Positions 1 to 12,506 of a stretch of 64,000 bases of DNA are shown piece by piece. Position 1 is the first letter of the stretch; every line of letters begins with the position of its first letter. The notes under the pieces were generated by a model. It was not told where the DNA came from. It did not search any database and saw only the letters and a program-made list of their open reading frames with translations. Source of the stretch: Octopus sinensis (Eukaryota). The stretch spans positions 8,184,001 to 8,248,000 of the forward strand of contig NC_043017.1 in the NCBI RefSeq assembly GCF_006345805.1, read 5' to 3'. Made by a program: the position numbers and the translations under genes.

Positions 1-207
1 TAGTTTGTTCCAGGATGACTCCGTTTGGTACTCGATATATATATATATACATATATATATACAAAAGGCTTTTTCAGTTGCTGTCAACCAAATCCACTCA
101 CAAGGCTTTGACCAGCCCAGGGCTATACTAGAGTATGCTAGCCCAAAGTACTACACAGTGGAACTGAACCTGAAACAATGTAGTGGGAAGCATTAACAAA
201 ATCTTAC

Positions 208-348
208 CAGGGGGTATGCATCCAAAGGAAGAACTTTTGTTGAGAAATGTCGTTTCTTTGCATCCCGTCCAATTCGTTCAGCGACTTCTTGAGCCGTACC
301 AGTTTGACTGCCATAAAGAACACAGATTTGGTTCTCTTTTTCAATCAT
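208..348 (-). CDS. NDOR1: NADPH-dependent diflavin oxidoreductase 1, first coding exon (flavodoxin N-terminus); gene continues off the left edge
   Basis: Manual translation [47 protein letters not shown] (47 codons) matches the NDOR1/Tah18 N-terminus (human [31 protein letters not shown]...LDSYPV). Strong acceptor ttttttccatcag (AG 356-355) gives exon start 354 with 6 nt of UTR; phase-0 donor CTG|GTAAGA at 208/207. Confidence 0.94.
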
Positions 349-2086
349 GACAAACTGATGGAAAAAAATGAAGAAAATGGAGATAAAATTTAGATTTTAT
401 CGAAATTATCATATAATTAAAATTATCCTATAATGGTAAATATGATGTACTTTTTTCCCCAAAAAATGTTCCCAAAAGATATTTGATTATAAAAATATAA
501 TGGGATTTTTTAAATATCAAATGGCTATGGAGTCCCATAGAGTAAAATAGGGTTAAGATTACCAAAACATAATTTTGAATTTATATATATATTTCACATG
601 ATCAACCAGACTATCATGTGTTGTTATACATTGCTTATCTTAATGTGCTTTGCACTGTTTTAGCTTTCAAATAATATCCCCCAGCTGGCTGGGTGAGCAG
701 GCCAACATTATCCCAAATCAGAAGCCCATCACAAGGTTATGGTTAAGTGGACTGGAGCAATGTGAAATGAAATGTTTTGCTCAAAAGCACAATGCATTAC
801 TCAGTCCAGGAATCAAACCACAATTGCTAGATAGTGAGTGCAATAACCCTAACCACTAGGCCATGTACCTTTGCACACACACACACACACATAGATAGGT
901 GACACGTTGAGTATTTGAGCAAGACACTTCATTTCCTACTCCTCCAGTCAGCTCCTATGAAAATTATTACCAGCTGCATGCTAATACAACTCTCACTCAC
1001 TCTCTGAGTGTTACATCCTCAATGTGCCACAAGGAGTATCTATGCCTATACACAACTGCATAGGTACCTAAAACAACTATTTTCTTTGTATCGGTTGGTG
1101 CTGGTACCATGTGAAAAGTATTGGTGCTGGTGCCACATAAAAAGCACTTGTGTTGATACCACGTAAAAAGCAGCCAGTACACTTTGTAAGGTGACTGGTG
1201 TTAGGAAGGGCACTCAGCTGTAGAAATCATGCCAAAACAGACAATGGAGTCTGGAGCAAATTTCCGGTTTGCCAGCTCCTGTCAAACCATCCAACACTCT
1301 GCCAGCATGGAAAGTGGACGTTAAATGATGATGATGATGGCAGTACATGTTACCAAGTCATACCTCCAAATAAGTGATGTGTCTGTGTGTGTGTATGTAT
1401 GGATGCATACAATTATGTAAGCACGTATACTTGCATGCATGTTCATATATAAGTGGATGTGTATTTCAGAAGTATGTATGATATATATGTATTATATATA
1501 TATCATCATCATCATCGTTTAGCATCTGTTTTCCATGCTAGCATGGGTTGGACGGTTCTACTGGGGTCTGTGAAGCCAGAAGGCTTCATCAGGCCCAGTC
1601 AAATCTGGCAGTGTTTCTACGGCTGGATGCCCTTCCTAACGCCAACCATATATTATATATACATGCATATGTATATATGTGTTTGTACATTTATGTGTAC
1701 CCTTGTCTTGGCATCACATGATGGTTGTAAGCGAGTGTCACCATCATACATTTCCATTCTCCCGTGGAAAACATATTCAGTCATGAGGAAATATTACCTT
1801 GCTTTGAGACATTTGCAGGTTCTGCAACAGGACGGTCATCCAGTTAAAGGTCTGCCTTAACAAATTCTTTCTGACCATACAAAAATTCTCACGTTTGTGC
1901 TTACATCTGTCTTTACACTGGTCTAAAAACCAGTATTGTTTAATATCCTATAACTTAGTAGTTCAACAAATAAGACTGATAAAATAATTACCAGACTGAA
2001 ATAGGTACAGGGGTCAATAAAATTGGACAGGGCTTCAGCAATGATACAGTCCAATGACTAAAACCAATAAAAGAATAGTGTATATT

Positions 2087-2952
2087 TATGTGTGTGATGA
2101 ATAAACTGTCATCTAAATTACGCAAAAAAAAAAAAAAAACAATGGCATCTCATTTTAACAGATATATTTACCAAAATTACATAAAAATATCTCGGAATTC
2201 TAAACAGTGAATTTATTTAATAAAATCACCATTGGCTTCAACCACAGCCTCCAGACAGCTTCGGAATCTCTTGCAACTCTTCTGGATAGTTTCCTTGTTT
2301 AAGTTGGTGAATGCTGCCATAATCCTTGCCTTCTTTGGTGTTACAAGGAGTTTTGTTGGTCTCTTGCTCAACTGCACCCCACACATAATAATCAAGGGGG
2401 TTACAGTCTGGGAAGTTAGGTGGCCAGATGTTAGGGGTGATGTGGTTGCAGAAATTGACTGATAGCCATGACTAGGTTCTCCTGCTTGTGTGGCATGGTG
2501 CAGAGCTCTGTTGCCAGAACATAAGGTCTTCCAGCAGCCACCCTCTTGACCTAGAGCAGCACTACCTCCTCTTAGGCACTTGATGTAGGGCTCTGTATTG
2601 AGTCTGAGGCTGTGTAGGAAGATGAATGGAGGTATAACATCTCCATCACTAATTGTCATTCCAAACACCATGATGTTGACTGGATATTTGATTTTTATCA
2701 CTTTCAGTACATGTCCTCAGGTTGGCACCCAAACACTCTAAAATGTACCTATTGGAGCATCTGGCACGAATGCCAAGCAGTACAGCATGTCGTTTCCAAA
2801 TTTCTGGCAGAGTGAATTGCATCATGGTCCTCTTTTTCTCACAGATGGTGCCCAACTGACTCTACTATACTATGTAGTTGACAAAATCAAAAACTGTGTA
2901 TGTGTGAAATTAAAAATATAAGATGGCAACAATTTACCCATCACACCCTGTA
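2087..2952 (-). mobile_element. Internally deleted maT/DD37D Tc1-mariner transposon
   Basis: TIR tacagggtgtgatgggtaaattgttgccat at 2952-2923, degenerate partner at ~2087-2113. Relic WQQ(S)SAPCHT...WPPNFPDCNPLDYYVW has 37 residues between the second and third catalytic positions; C-terminus ...LEAVVEANGDFIK. Stops and frameshifts present. Confidence 0.9.
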
Positions 2953-3551
2953 GATAGAAAAATAGACAAATACGTATATTTTGGGTTCAGTGCCTTCTAC
3001 TATGGACCCTGGCTAACAGAAGTCTTGTGAGTGGCTCTGATAAGAAGAAACTGAAAGAAGCCTGTTGTATGTATATGCATATATGTGTGTGCACATGTGC
3101 ATAGGAGAGGGAGCTGTCATCTTGCCTTGGTTTTTGTGATAGTTATAAACAGGAATACCCATCATGCAAGCTGTGTCCATTTTCAATCTTTCATGAAAAC
3201 ATGTCTGGTGAAGGGAAAATATTCCCTTCCTTACAAACAGGTGAGGATTGGCAACAAGAGCATCTGGCTGTAGAAAAATCTGTCTCAGCAATTTCTGCCC
3301 AATTCATGTAAGCATGGAAAAGTGAATGTTAAAACAAAGACAATGATGGCAGATATATGTAAAAACATTGTCATAGAAATTATCTTCGTCTTTATCCTCT
3401 GGATTACTGAAGAGTTGCTTTTTAAGTGCTAAATTTCAATAGGATTAGAGACGGAAAAGGCATCCAAATTCAAAATAATACCTTAGTAATATGTATTTGT
3501 CTCACCCAGGGTAGCATGGAATAATGTACATAAAAACAAACATACATATAT

Positions 3552-4490
3552 ATTATTATTATTATTAGTTCATCTGTCATTGACAATGACCAACGACATC
3601 ATTTGGGAGAAGAAAACAGGGCACAGTGCACCTGGTTATGGCTGATCAATCTGAGGTGTACTTGGAAGGCTCCACCATAGGACACACACTGGTGGGCTGC
3701 AGGGAGTGAAGGGGTGAAGTTGGCTCTGGACTTGCACACCTCACATTTTCTTTGTACCCCAACAAGCCTGTCCTCATTGTAGGAGGTGGAACCTCTGTTG
3801 GTGTAGGTTTGTCAGGCAGGACAGTCTTGGGCTTGTATTTCCCAGATGTTGGGGTTGATCTCAAAGCTCTTCAATGAGGCTTTGAGTATATCTTTGAAGT
3901 ACATTTTCTGTTCACCTTGCATGCCTTTACCTTCCACCAGTTTGTTGTAAAACAATCTCCTGGGGAGTCATGCATCAGGCATTTGAACGAGGTGGCCTGC
4001 ACACTAAATTTGAGCTCTCTCCAGCCTCAGCAGTGTGTAAATGCTTGGCTGATAAGCTCAAGAGAGGACCTCTATGTCTGAGACCTTGTTTTGCCAGGTG
4101 ATTTTTGACAGCTTTCTCAAGCAATTTATGTGGAAGTGGTTTAGTTTTTTGGTGTGGTGTTCAGAAACTGTCCAAGTCCCACAGGTGTACAGTAGTGTAA
4201 GCAGTACAACTGCTTGGTGCATCTTCAGTTTAGTGACCAACCTAATACCTCACCTTTCCCACACTGATTCATATAGACTCGAATGCTGAGCTTCCCTTGG
4301 CAATGCATATATCAACTTCATCATTAAAGTTCACAGATCTGGAAAGTGTGCTGCCAAGGTAGGTGAATTTATCAACAACCTTCAGGGTTTTCCTTTTGCT
4401 TCCACATACAGCTTCTGCAGAGCAGGTTCATACACGGCATCTGTCTTCTGAGTACTGACTGTGAGGCAAAAGGTGGTGCAGGTGGTGGAA
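3552..4490 (-). mobile_element. 5'-truncated RTE-clade LINE (BovB-like), degenerate
   Basis: FGLTVSTQKT..., DKFTYLGSTLSR, TKLKMHQAVVLLTLLYTCGTWTV...KKLNHFHINCLRKL; (TAA)n tail at ~3552-3566. Confidence 0.9.
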
Positions 4491-5034
4491 AAGTACTGTA
4501 TGTATAAGTGTGGCTATGTGGTTAAGAAGCTTGCTTTCCAACCACTTGGTCTCTGATTCATTCAGTCTCAGTGCATTCTACAATAGCTCTAGGCCAACCA
4601 AAGCCCTGTGAAGGGATTTGGTAGACAGACACTGAAGTATATGTATGCATGTGTATGTTTGTGTACATGCATCTCCACTTCTACACATTGTGTAATGGTT
4701 GTAGATGAGTGTCACTGTTATACAAGCAGGGTTAGTCATTTTCAGTCTTCAAAGAAACGTGTCCAAGGAAATACCTTGCTTGGAAATGAGTAAGAGCAAG
4801 TAACCAGAAGGGCAGCCGGCTGCAGAAAATTTGCCTTGATAAATTCTGTCTGGCCCATGCAGCCAGAAAAACAATGATGGTGATGATGATGATATATTGT
4901 TTGTTTTCTGTGAAGTTATATATAAAAACAATTTAACATTAACATATTTATTCTTTCAAGCTGAATATTCAAATTCACCACCAGCCATTTTCTTATATAT
5001 ATATATAAGGAAATGTTAGTGCCAATATATCTCT

Positions 5035-5406
5035 TTTTCTCTTTTTACTTGTTTCAGTCATTTTGACTGCAGCCATGCTGGTGCACCGCCTTTAATCGGG
5101 CAACTCGACCCCAGGACTTATTATTTGTAAGCCCAGTACTTATTCTATCGGTCTCTTTTGCCGAACCGCTAAGTGACAGAGACATAAACACACCAGCATC
5201 GGTTGTCAAGCAATGCTAGGGGGACAAACACAGACACGCACATACATATATATACATATATACGACGGGCTTCTTTCAGTTTCCGTCTACCAAATCCACT
5301 TACAAGGCTTTGGTCGGCCCGAGGCTATAGTAGAAGACACTTGCCAAGGTGCCACGCAGTGGGACTGAACCCGGAACCATGTGGTTGGTAAACAAGCTAC
5401 TTACCA
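5035..5406 (-). mobile_element. Young tRNA-derived SINE, family 1
   Basis: tRNA-like head (ggttccgggttcagtccc), ggcaccttgg(g)caagtgtctt body, TA/TG spacer, tail gactgaaacaagtaaaa. Confidence 0.85.
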
Positions 5407-5694
5407 CTTTTTAAAAAGCTTTTACAAACATATTTCAGATGGAGTAGATTATGATGAATTTGGAATTTGACATGAAAAAATAATTTGTGTGGGGTCGGAT
5501 GATTCACGCACACCCACTTTCTTTCCACATACGTTTTGATGAGGCATGTGAATTCCCCACCCTTCCATCCAATGAAATTCTGAGGCAATCGTAATCTGCA
5601 CTGTTTGACGTGTATTTGTGGAAAATTTTATTTAAAAATATCCATTAATCAGAAAGTTATGAGGAAACAAAGTCGATGGAGGGATACACTTCTG

Positions 5695-6120
5695 CAGTTA
5701 TAGTGATCTCAAATTCCACCAAACAAGCCATCACTTGGTAATTGACTACGCCTTGGGAGAAACATAAAGAGGAAGCTTGCAAAATATCAATAGTTGATAG
5801 GGAAGTGCAGAAATTGGGGCTAAGTCACCTTGAAAGGAAACTGACGTGGACTGTCGAGGTTTTTTAGGGCGTTTCTTTAAGCAAAATCTGACTGGGCTTT
5901 AAATTACTGGTGCAGTAAAAAGGAGGGCTTTAACACCCATCACTGAAGCTTCAGAGAAGGGCATTAGGTTGCTTTGGATAAAGACAGAAGACCGGGGTTT
6001 GGTGTTCCTGGGACTTGATGAGCCCCGGCCGGGTGAACTGGGCAAGAGAATCTGATGCTGAAAGACCTGAACCACTTAGACTCCAGAAATATTTCTGATG
6101 ATGCATCTGAGGGCATCTAT
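5695..6120 (+). mobile_element. 3' end of a HERO-like non-LTR retrotransposon (restriction-like endonuclease domain plus 3'UTR)
   Basis: Relic VIVISNSTKQAITW*LTTPWE...KRKLAKYQ*LIGKCRNWG...DCRGFLGR...ITGAVKRRAL...EASEKGIRLLWIK resembles the PD..ELTVPWE..K..KY..EVGCRGF REL domain; following sequence resembles the HERO 3'UTR as recalled. Confidence 0.8.
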
Positions 6121-6446
6121 GAGATGTATCTTAAAACTATATATATTTATATAAGTCCAACATGTGATATATATCTATGCAGTATAAAATTACATATAAC
6201 AACAGCTACTGCTCTGCTCTGCCTTATCCTGTAGTATCAATAAATATCCATAGCATGTGAGAAAATGACCTCGTTGTCCCCCAAAGCACTTGTTGGAAAT
6301 CATCGTCGCTGAAATAACGAATAGTTTTCATGCTCAGTGACCACTGAGTAGATGTGAATTTAATTTACAATGATATATGAAGATAATGGTGAATGATGAC
6401 TAGGAAGATCGCTCAGGAACACAGACCTCTTAACGTTTCTACTTAC

Positions 6447-6700
6447 CGAAACAATATTATCGCCTCTTGAAAACAGCGGTGAATTCTTTCACAATATTGA
6501 TTATTTTAGAATACTAAAGTTGAACAAAACATACTTTTATTCAAATTACAAACAGTTTGGACACTAAATAGTATATAAACTAATACAATCAAACTTACTG
6601 TGATTTTTTCAAACAAAATTTAATTTTTTAAACTTATTAATTAAGTGCTCAGACTTCTTTTAATTCGGTAACTATTTTCAGTGAAGGACCGGTTTGTCCT
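6447..6700 (-). other. NDOR1: Putative non-coding first exon of NDOR1 (5' boundary unknown)
   Basis: Consensus donor TCG|GTAAGT on the minus strand at 6447/6446 in a CpG-containing region. The exon at 354 needs an upstream exon. An in-frame TGA upstream of the donor makes this exon UTR. Confidence 0.5.
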
Positions 6701-6950
6701 CAAAACGTGATATTTTACTGAGGGTTCAGTTAAAGCTAATAATTCCAGCGATTTTCTAAGAACTCGTTTATTTATAAAATATTAGTATGTATAATTTTTT
6801 CTGAAAGATTATTTTATTCGGCTGAACATTTGATTTTTTTAAATAGCAGTTTTAGTAAATTCACGGGAGAAGGAATGCAAATGTTGTTACGAAACGAAGT
6901 GTTCGTTATAGCTTTACTTTCGTTTGCTGAGTGAGCAGCGAGTGAAAGTG
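6450..6950. promoter_or_regulatory. Candidate bidirectional promoter between NDOR1 (minus) and TMEM203 (plus)
   Basis: TE-free stretch with retained CpGs, bracketed by divergent strong donors (minus 6447, plus 7318) and followed by a GAGA-rich tract at 6960-7150. Confidence 0.5.
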
Positions 6951-7318
6951 AGATCGGGGTAGGAGTGAGCAGCAGAGAGATATAGAGAGAGGAGGACATA
7001 GAGAGAGGGAGAGAGGGACAAAGAGAGATCGAGGGAGGGACGTACACAGAGAGAGGGAGTTACATAGATTCAGAGAAAGAGAGATCGGGAGAGAGAGACA
7101 TACGGAGACTTAGAGAGAGAGAGTGACATACCGAGAGAGAGAAAGACGGCTTGTGAGATTGACAGCTTCTCTTTCTCACTCACTCACATCGTCTCTACAT
7201 TTCTTATTAATTCATTACCAAAAAAAAGAAGAGGATAAAGAAGACCAACAGCTTTTAAGACCGAAATTTGATACAAAATTTCACAGAGAGGGATGCTGTC
7301 TTGTTAAACTGATCAAAG
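6920..7318 (+). other. TMEM203: Putative non-coding first exon of TMEM203 (5' boundary unknown)
   Basis: Donor AAG|GTATGT at 7318/7319; contains a short uORF ATG CTG TCT TGT TAA at 7293-7307; no other plus-strand coding gene recognised before 28589. Confidence 0.5.
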
Positions 7319-7949
7319 GTATGTCGGAATCAACCATCTCTTTCCCCCTTTTCTATATATATACTTATATGTATATATATATATATACATTTATATATTC
7401 ATATGTGTATTTGTATAGATCATCTTTGGTTTCAATCAACCCGTTTGGTAGTTTCTAACGATAAATCGGGGTTATTTTTTAATTAGATGCTTCACGATGG
7501 CAATAATAATAGTTAGAAGAAAATATTGCCATAGATGAAGTATGATAGAAAGTCCTTGCGAAGCTCGACCTACCGATATTATTAAAAGGAACACTATTAG
7601 CTATTAGTGGTGTCGACGGGTTAGTAGCCTTTTGTTAGTGTTTCTATGTGTTTATATAGAAGGACATTAGTATGCGAGTTGATATGTAATAACAGGAACA
7701 TGTCCGTATAGTAGTAGTAGTAGTAGTAGTAGTGATGGTGGCAGTAGCAGGATTTAGAAATACTATATATCACCAGTGATAGTGTCGTGGTGGTGGAGGC
7801 GAGATAGAGTGTAAAATACACTCATTATATCATATCTCCTCGGGTTTATTAAGACATTAATATATTTCCCCCATTTATTATGAACGTTCTGTTATATTGC
7901 TATGCATCTATGTGTGTTTGTCTTTATATTCCCGTACATTAATTAATGT

Positions 7950-7963
7950 GTACGTATATATAT

Positions 7964-8036
<73 letters not shown>

Positions 8037-8250
8037 CATACACACATATATATATACGCACACATATATATATACACACACACACACATATATATATATA
8101 CATACACACACATATATCTATACACACACACAAATATATATCTATACACACACACATATATATCTATACACACACATATATATATATATATACACACATA
8201 TATATATATATACACACACACAGACATATATACAGATACACATCGCATTA
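7950..8250. repeat. Compound (TA)n/(CA)n microsatellite
   Basis: Direct reading; source of several spurious YI/HT ORFs. Confidence 0.95.
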
Positions 8251-8972
8251 CGTATATTTAATTAATTTTGTATTACCTCGACTGTTTTTTTATTATACAC
8301 ACTATATATATATATCTATAGTGTATATGTCTATATATATATGAAGTGACGTTCACATGTCATGAAAGATCACTCAATATAATGAACTAGAGTTAAATAT
8401 AATTTATGTTACAATTCGGCGTTTATTCGTTTCCCCACCATCATCAAAAGGGTTTTGGTCGTCACGGTTAGGGGAGAGGAAACAGAATAAGCGCCATACA
8501 TAATCTGTGTGTATTTATAACCCACATGTGTGTATGCATATATGTTTATATATATGAAATCACATGCACGTATATACACATACATATATGGGTGCAATCG
8601 TGGCTGTGTGCCTAAGAAGTTTCCTTTGCAACCACGTGGATCGGTGTTCGATCCTACTGCGCGACATCTCTCGTTAGCGTCTTCAACTATAGCCTCGATT
8701 TGACAAACTACCTTGTGAGTGTAATTTAGTAGACGGAAATTGTACACACGCAAATACCTACATAAATGTATGTGTGTGTGTTTCTGCTACACCGGTCTCA
8801 AAACCGGTGTTTTTCATGTTACGTCCCTTTATGTCGTTTCACAGCTGTACGACAAATAGCTATCGTCAAAATGCGTACTAGGCGGAGTGAGAGCGATGTT
8901 ATCAACCTCCAGTTATTTGTCACAAGTCAATGGCCGAAATGTGTGTGTGTATGTATTGTTTCCACGAGTGTG

Positions 8973-9033
<61 letters not shown>

Positions 9034-9564
9034 GGTCAAGTTCCCTGAGACCCTTTTCAGGGTCTCCGAGGCATGTGGAAGGTAGAGGAAAGTACAGTTT
9101 TTTCAAACTAGGAAGCTGACTAGAATTCTAGTAATAGAGTGAATTTTACTAAACACACCCAGAGGACAGGGGTAGAGTGTTGTGTGTGTCTATATATAAT
9201 ATATATATATAGAGAGAGAGATGCACAGATATACCTGTGCATTCATGCATATCAACTCAAACATGCATGAGTTCATCTATTGAGGTATTTGTTTACATTA
9301 TAAGTCAAGAATTTTTACAACCGTTCTGTGACAGTCGTTATTTTTCATTGATATACATACATGTATATTCGTAGACTGCATCATCTCATTATCTGTTCAT
9401 GGGTGAGTTATAGACAAGTCGTTTGTTATGTCAACAATTACTATATATTGTGTGGTTAAACAAGTAACCAACTGTCTTTAGTTCAACGCTGGCTGAGAAG
9501 GTGAGAGGTCACTGAAACGTCTAGGGGTCCTACAAGGGAACTCAGATATTTCATGTTTCCTTTC

Positions 9565-9855
9565 ATCATCATCATCATCATCATCATCGTTTAACGTCCG
9601 TTCTCCATGCTAGCATGGGTTGGACGGTTCGACCGGGGATCTGGGAAGCCAGAAGGCTGCACCAGGCTCCAGTCTTATCTGGCAATGTTTCTACAGCTGG
9701 ATGCCCTTCCTAATGCCAACCACTCTGTGAGTGTAGTGGGTGCTTTTTACATGCCACCTGCACAGGTGCCAGGCGAGGCTGGCAACGGCCACGGTCGGAT
9801 TGGTGTATTTTATGTGCCACCGGCATCGGCCACGAGTCGGATAGTGCTTTTTATG
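9565..9855 (-). mobile_element. RTE-tailed SINE-like repeat, family 2
   Basis: 3' end ggttggcattaggaagggcatccagc...ggagaacggacgttaaac(gat)n; other copies at ~1040-1340, 1500-1650, 10172-10365, 14255-14485, 36730-37030, 37585-38045, 42000-42305. Confidence 0.85.
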
Positions 9856-9952
9856 TAGTATATTTGTGTGTTATTCTTCCTGTTTGTGTAATTCACAAGG
9901 ACGTAAATTCACAGTGTCAACAGTCTTTTGGGCTGTTTTGCTCTTTCAGTGA

Positions 9953-10131
9953 TTAACTCTTTAGCATTTGAACTGACCAGATTCAGCCTCTCACACGTAC
10001 TCTACAATGTCATTCTAAAAATGAACAATCACTCCACTGAAATCTCAAAGCCACAAGACAATGCATGGTTAATTCAAAACAATGTGAATAAAGATTGCAT
10101 TTGACAGAGTAATCTGAATGCTGAAGGGTCA
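9953..10131. mobile_element. piggyBac-type MITE (degenerate)
   Basis: ttaactctttagcatt...aatgctgaagggtca; homologous to 22530 and 35382 copies. Confidence 0.6.
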
Positions 10132-12286
10132 GCTGTCTCATTTCAATAAACCAAAATAGTACTGCATAGGTTCATCATCATCATCATCATCGTTTAACGT
10201 CCGTTCTCCATGCTATCATGGGTTGGACGGTTCGACCGGGGATCTGGGAAGCCAGAAGGCTGCACCAGGCTCCAGTCTTATCTGGCAATGTTTCTACAGC
10301 TGGATGCCCTTCCTAACGCCAACCACTCCGTGAGTGTAGTGGGTGCTTTTTACGTGCCACCTGTCATAATCATCATTTTTAATGTCTACTTTTCTATGCC
10401 TATATGAATTGGACAGGGTTTTATTGAGGCAGATTTTCCTACACTTGGGTGCCCTTCCTGTTGCCAAACCTTATCTGTTTTGTAGCAAAGTAATATTTCC
10501 CTAAGGCCAGACATGTTTACTTAGAATATTGGAATTGAATGACACTGCTTGTATGAAGGTGACACTCATTTACGACAATCACCTAATGTGATGATAAGAA
10601 GATGCAAAACATACTCTGATGCGTACGCACACACAAGCTCTTTTCAATTTCCATCTATCAGATCTACTGATGAGGTTTTGGTTGGCCTAGGGCTGTAGGA
10701 GAAGATATTTGCCTTAGGTGCCATGTGAACATGGAAAAGTGAACACTAAAAATCCTGAAGATGAAGTGTGTGTATTTGTGTATTTCTCAACAGACACGGT
10801 TGTGTGGTAAGAAGCTTACAAAAGAACAATGTTTTAGAGAAGCAAAGATTGGCGGGCGTCTTTAGCCTTCTCTCATTAATATCATCCTGTTCATCATTCA
10901 TCTCATCTCATTAATGTCTGTGTCCAGCCCGTAGCTTCTCCATCTGTGTATGGCTTTCATAGCTAATATAATGAAATAAAGAAGCTTACTTTCCAACCAC
11001 ATGGTTTCAGGTTCAATCCACTGCATGGCACCTTGGGCAAGTGTCTTCTATAGCCTTGGCCTGACCAAAGCCTTGTGAATGGATTTAGTAGATGGAAACT
11101 GAAAGAAATCCATTGTGTGTGTCTGTCTGTCCCCCACCACCACTTGACAACCGGTGTTGCTGTGTTTATGTCCCCATGGCTTAGTGGTTCAGCAAAAGAG
11201 ATCAGTAGAATAAGTACTAGGCTTTAGAGAAAAAAAAGCACTGGGGTCAGTCCATATGACTAAAAATTCTTCAAAGTGGTGCACCACAGCCTAATGACTG
11301 AAACGTAAAAAAACATTCCTCTTTATCATTACTCATCTTCACGGATATCATAATTCACTTAGTGATACATGAGATAAAATATTTACGAGTGAGAAATGTG
11401 GATGGAAAATATGTCAGCTGGAAAATGATATTAAGTTATGTGCATGTTCAGCAAAAATAGAATTATATATAGAATCATCATCATGATTTAATGTCCAACA
11501 TACAATGCTGGGATGGGTTGGGTGACTCAACAAGCTCTGACAAGTCAGGGGATTGTGTTGTGCTCCAGTGTCTACTTTGACATGGTTTCTGCAACTGGAT
11601 ACCCTTCTGAATGCCAACCACTTTATGGATTATATAATGTGTCCACTTATAAAGTTACACCAACACTAGTGAAAATCATTACTAATTGGGAAGGAGTATA
11701 GCAGAGAACACAGGAGAGGTAAAGGGTTATTGAGAGAGGAGGGGGTTGAATGGAAAGGTGATAGGGTGAGTTGTTTAGGGAGAGATCTTAGGCTATTCTG
11801 CATTATGAGGGCGAGTATGGACAGATAGTGTAATGAGAAAGGGGACAGGTTGGGTGCAATAGACTGGAGTAGAAAGGAATCCCAGGAGAGTTAATGTAGA
11901 AAAGAGAGGTGTAGTGGTTTTCAGGGTAGAACAAAGGGGTAAGATGGGTAGGGGTATTGAGAAGGTGGAAAAGTGGTGAGAGAAAATGAAGCAAAGGAAG
12001 AGGGGGTAGTAAATGAGAGCATTGATGAAGAGAGAAGCTAGTGGGGCAAAGTAGAGGTAAGGAGAAGGGCTGATGAAGAGGCAGGGAAGAAGGATGGTGA
12101 GGGAGAAGGGTAAGAAAAAATCGATGGATGATACTATAAAGGCTAGAGGGCATCCTAGAGATGTAAGGCCAGATAATGTGATGAAAGCAAACTAGGAGAG
12201 AGTATGCTGTGAGTGATGAAGAGATTGGGTCATGGAGGCAGGGGTGTAAGGTGGGATTGGCAGAGCATGCACATACACACACACAC

Positions 12287-12506
12287 ACAAGGGGGTGCTG
12301 AAAAGTTCCTGGCTTTAAGGATATTGTGAAAGGTCAGGTTGGAGGCCCAGCCTTCCAAGTTCTTTTACAGGGCTTAGAAAAACTGAAGGACCGCTGCAAT
12401 AAGTGTGTGAATCTGAGAGGGGAATGTGTTGGATAAAACCATAATTAACTGATCCTCCTGTATTTTCTTTTACCCAGAGCCAGGAACTTTTCAGCACCCC
12501 TTCGTA
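12287..12506 (+). mobile_element. Mariner-derived MITE
   Basis: TIRs gggggtgctgaaaagttcctgg / ccaggaacttttcagcacccc, TA flank; internal LQGLEKLKDRCNKCVNLRGE is the mariner C-terminus. Confidence 0.85.

Noticed and set aside
7897-8344. Long ORFs rich in YI/HT/CV (also 19110-19721, 29086-29596, 60448-61083)
   Set aside because: Translations of TA/CA/TG microsatellites with no coding signal.
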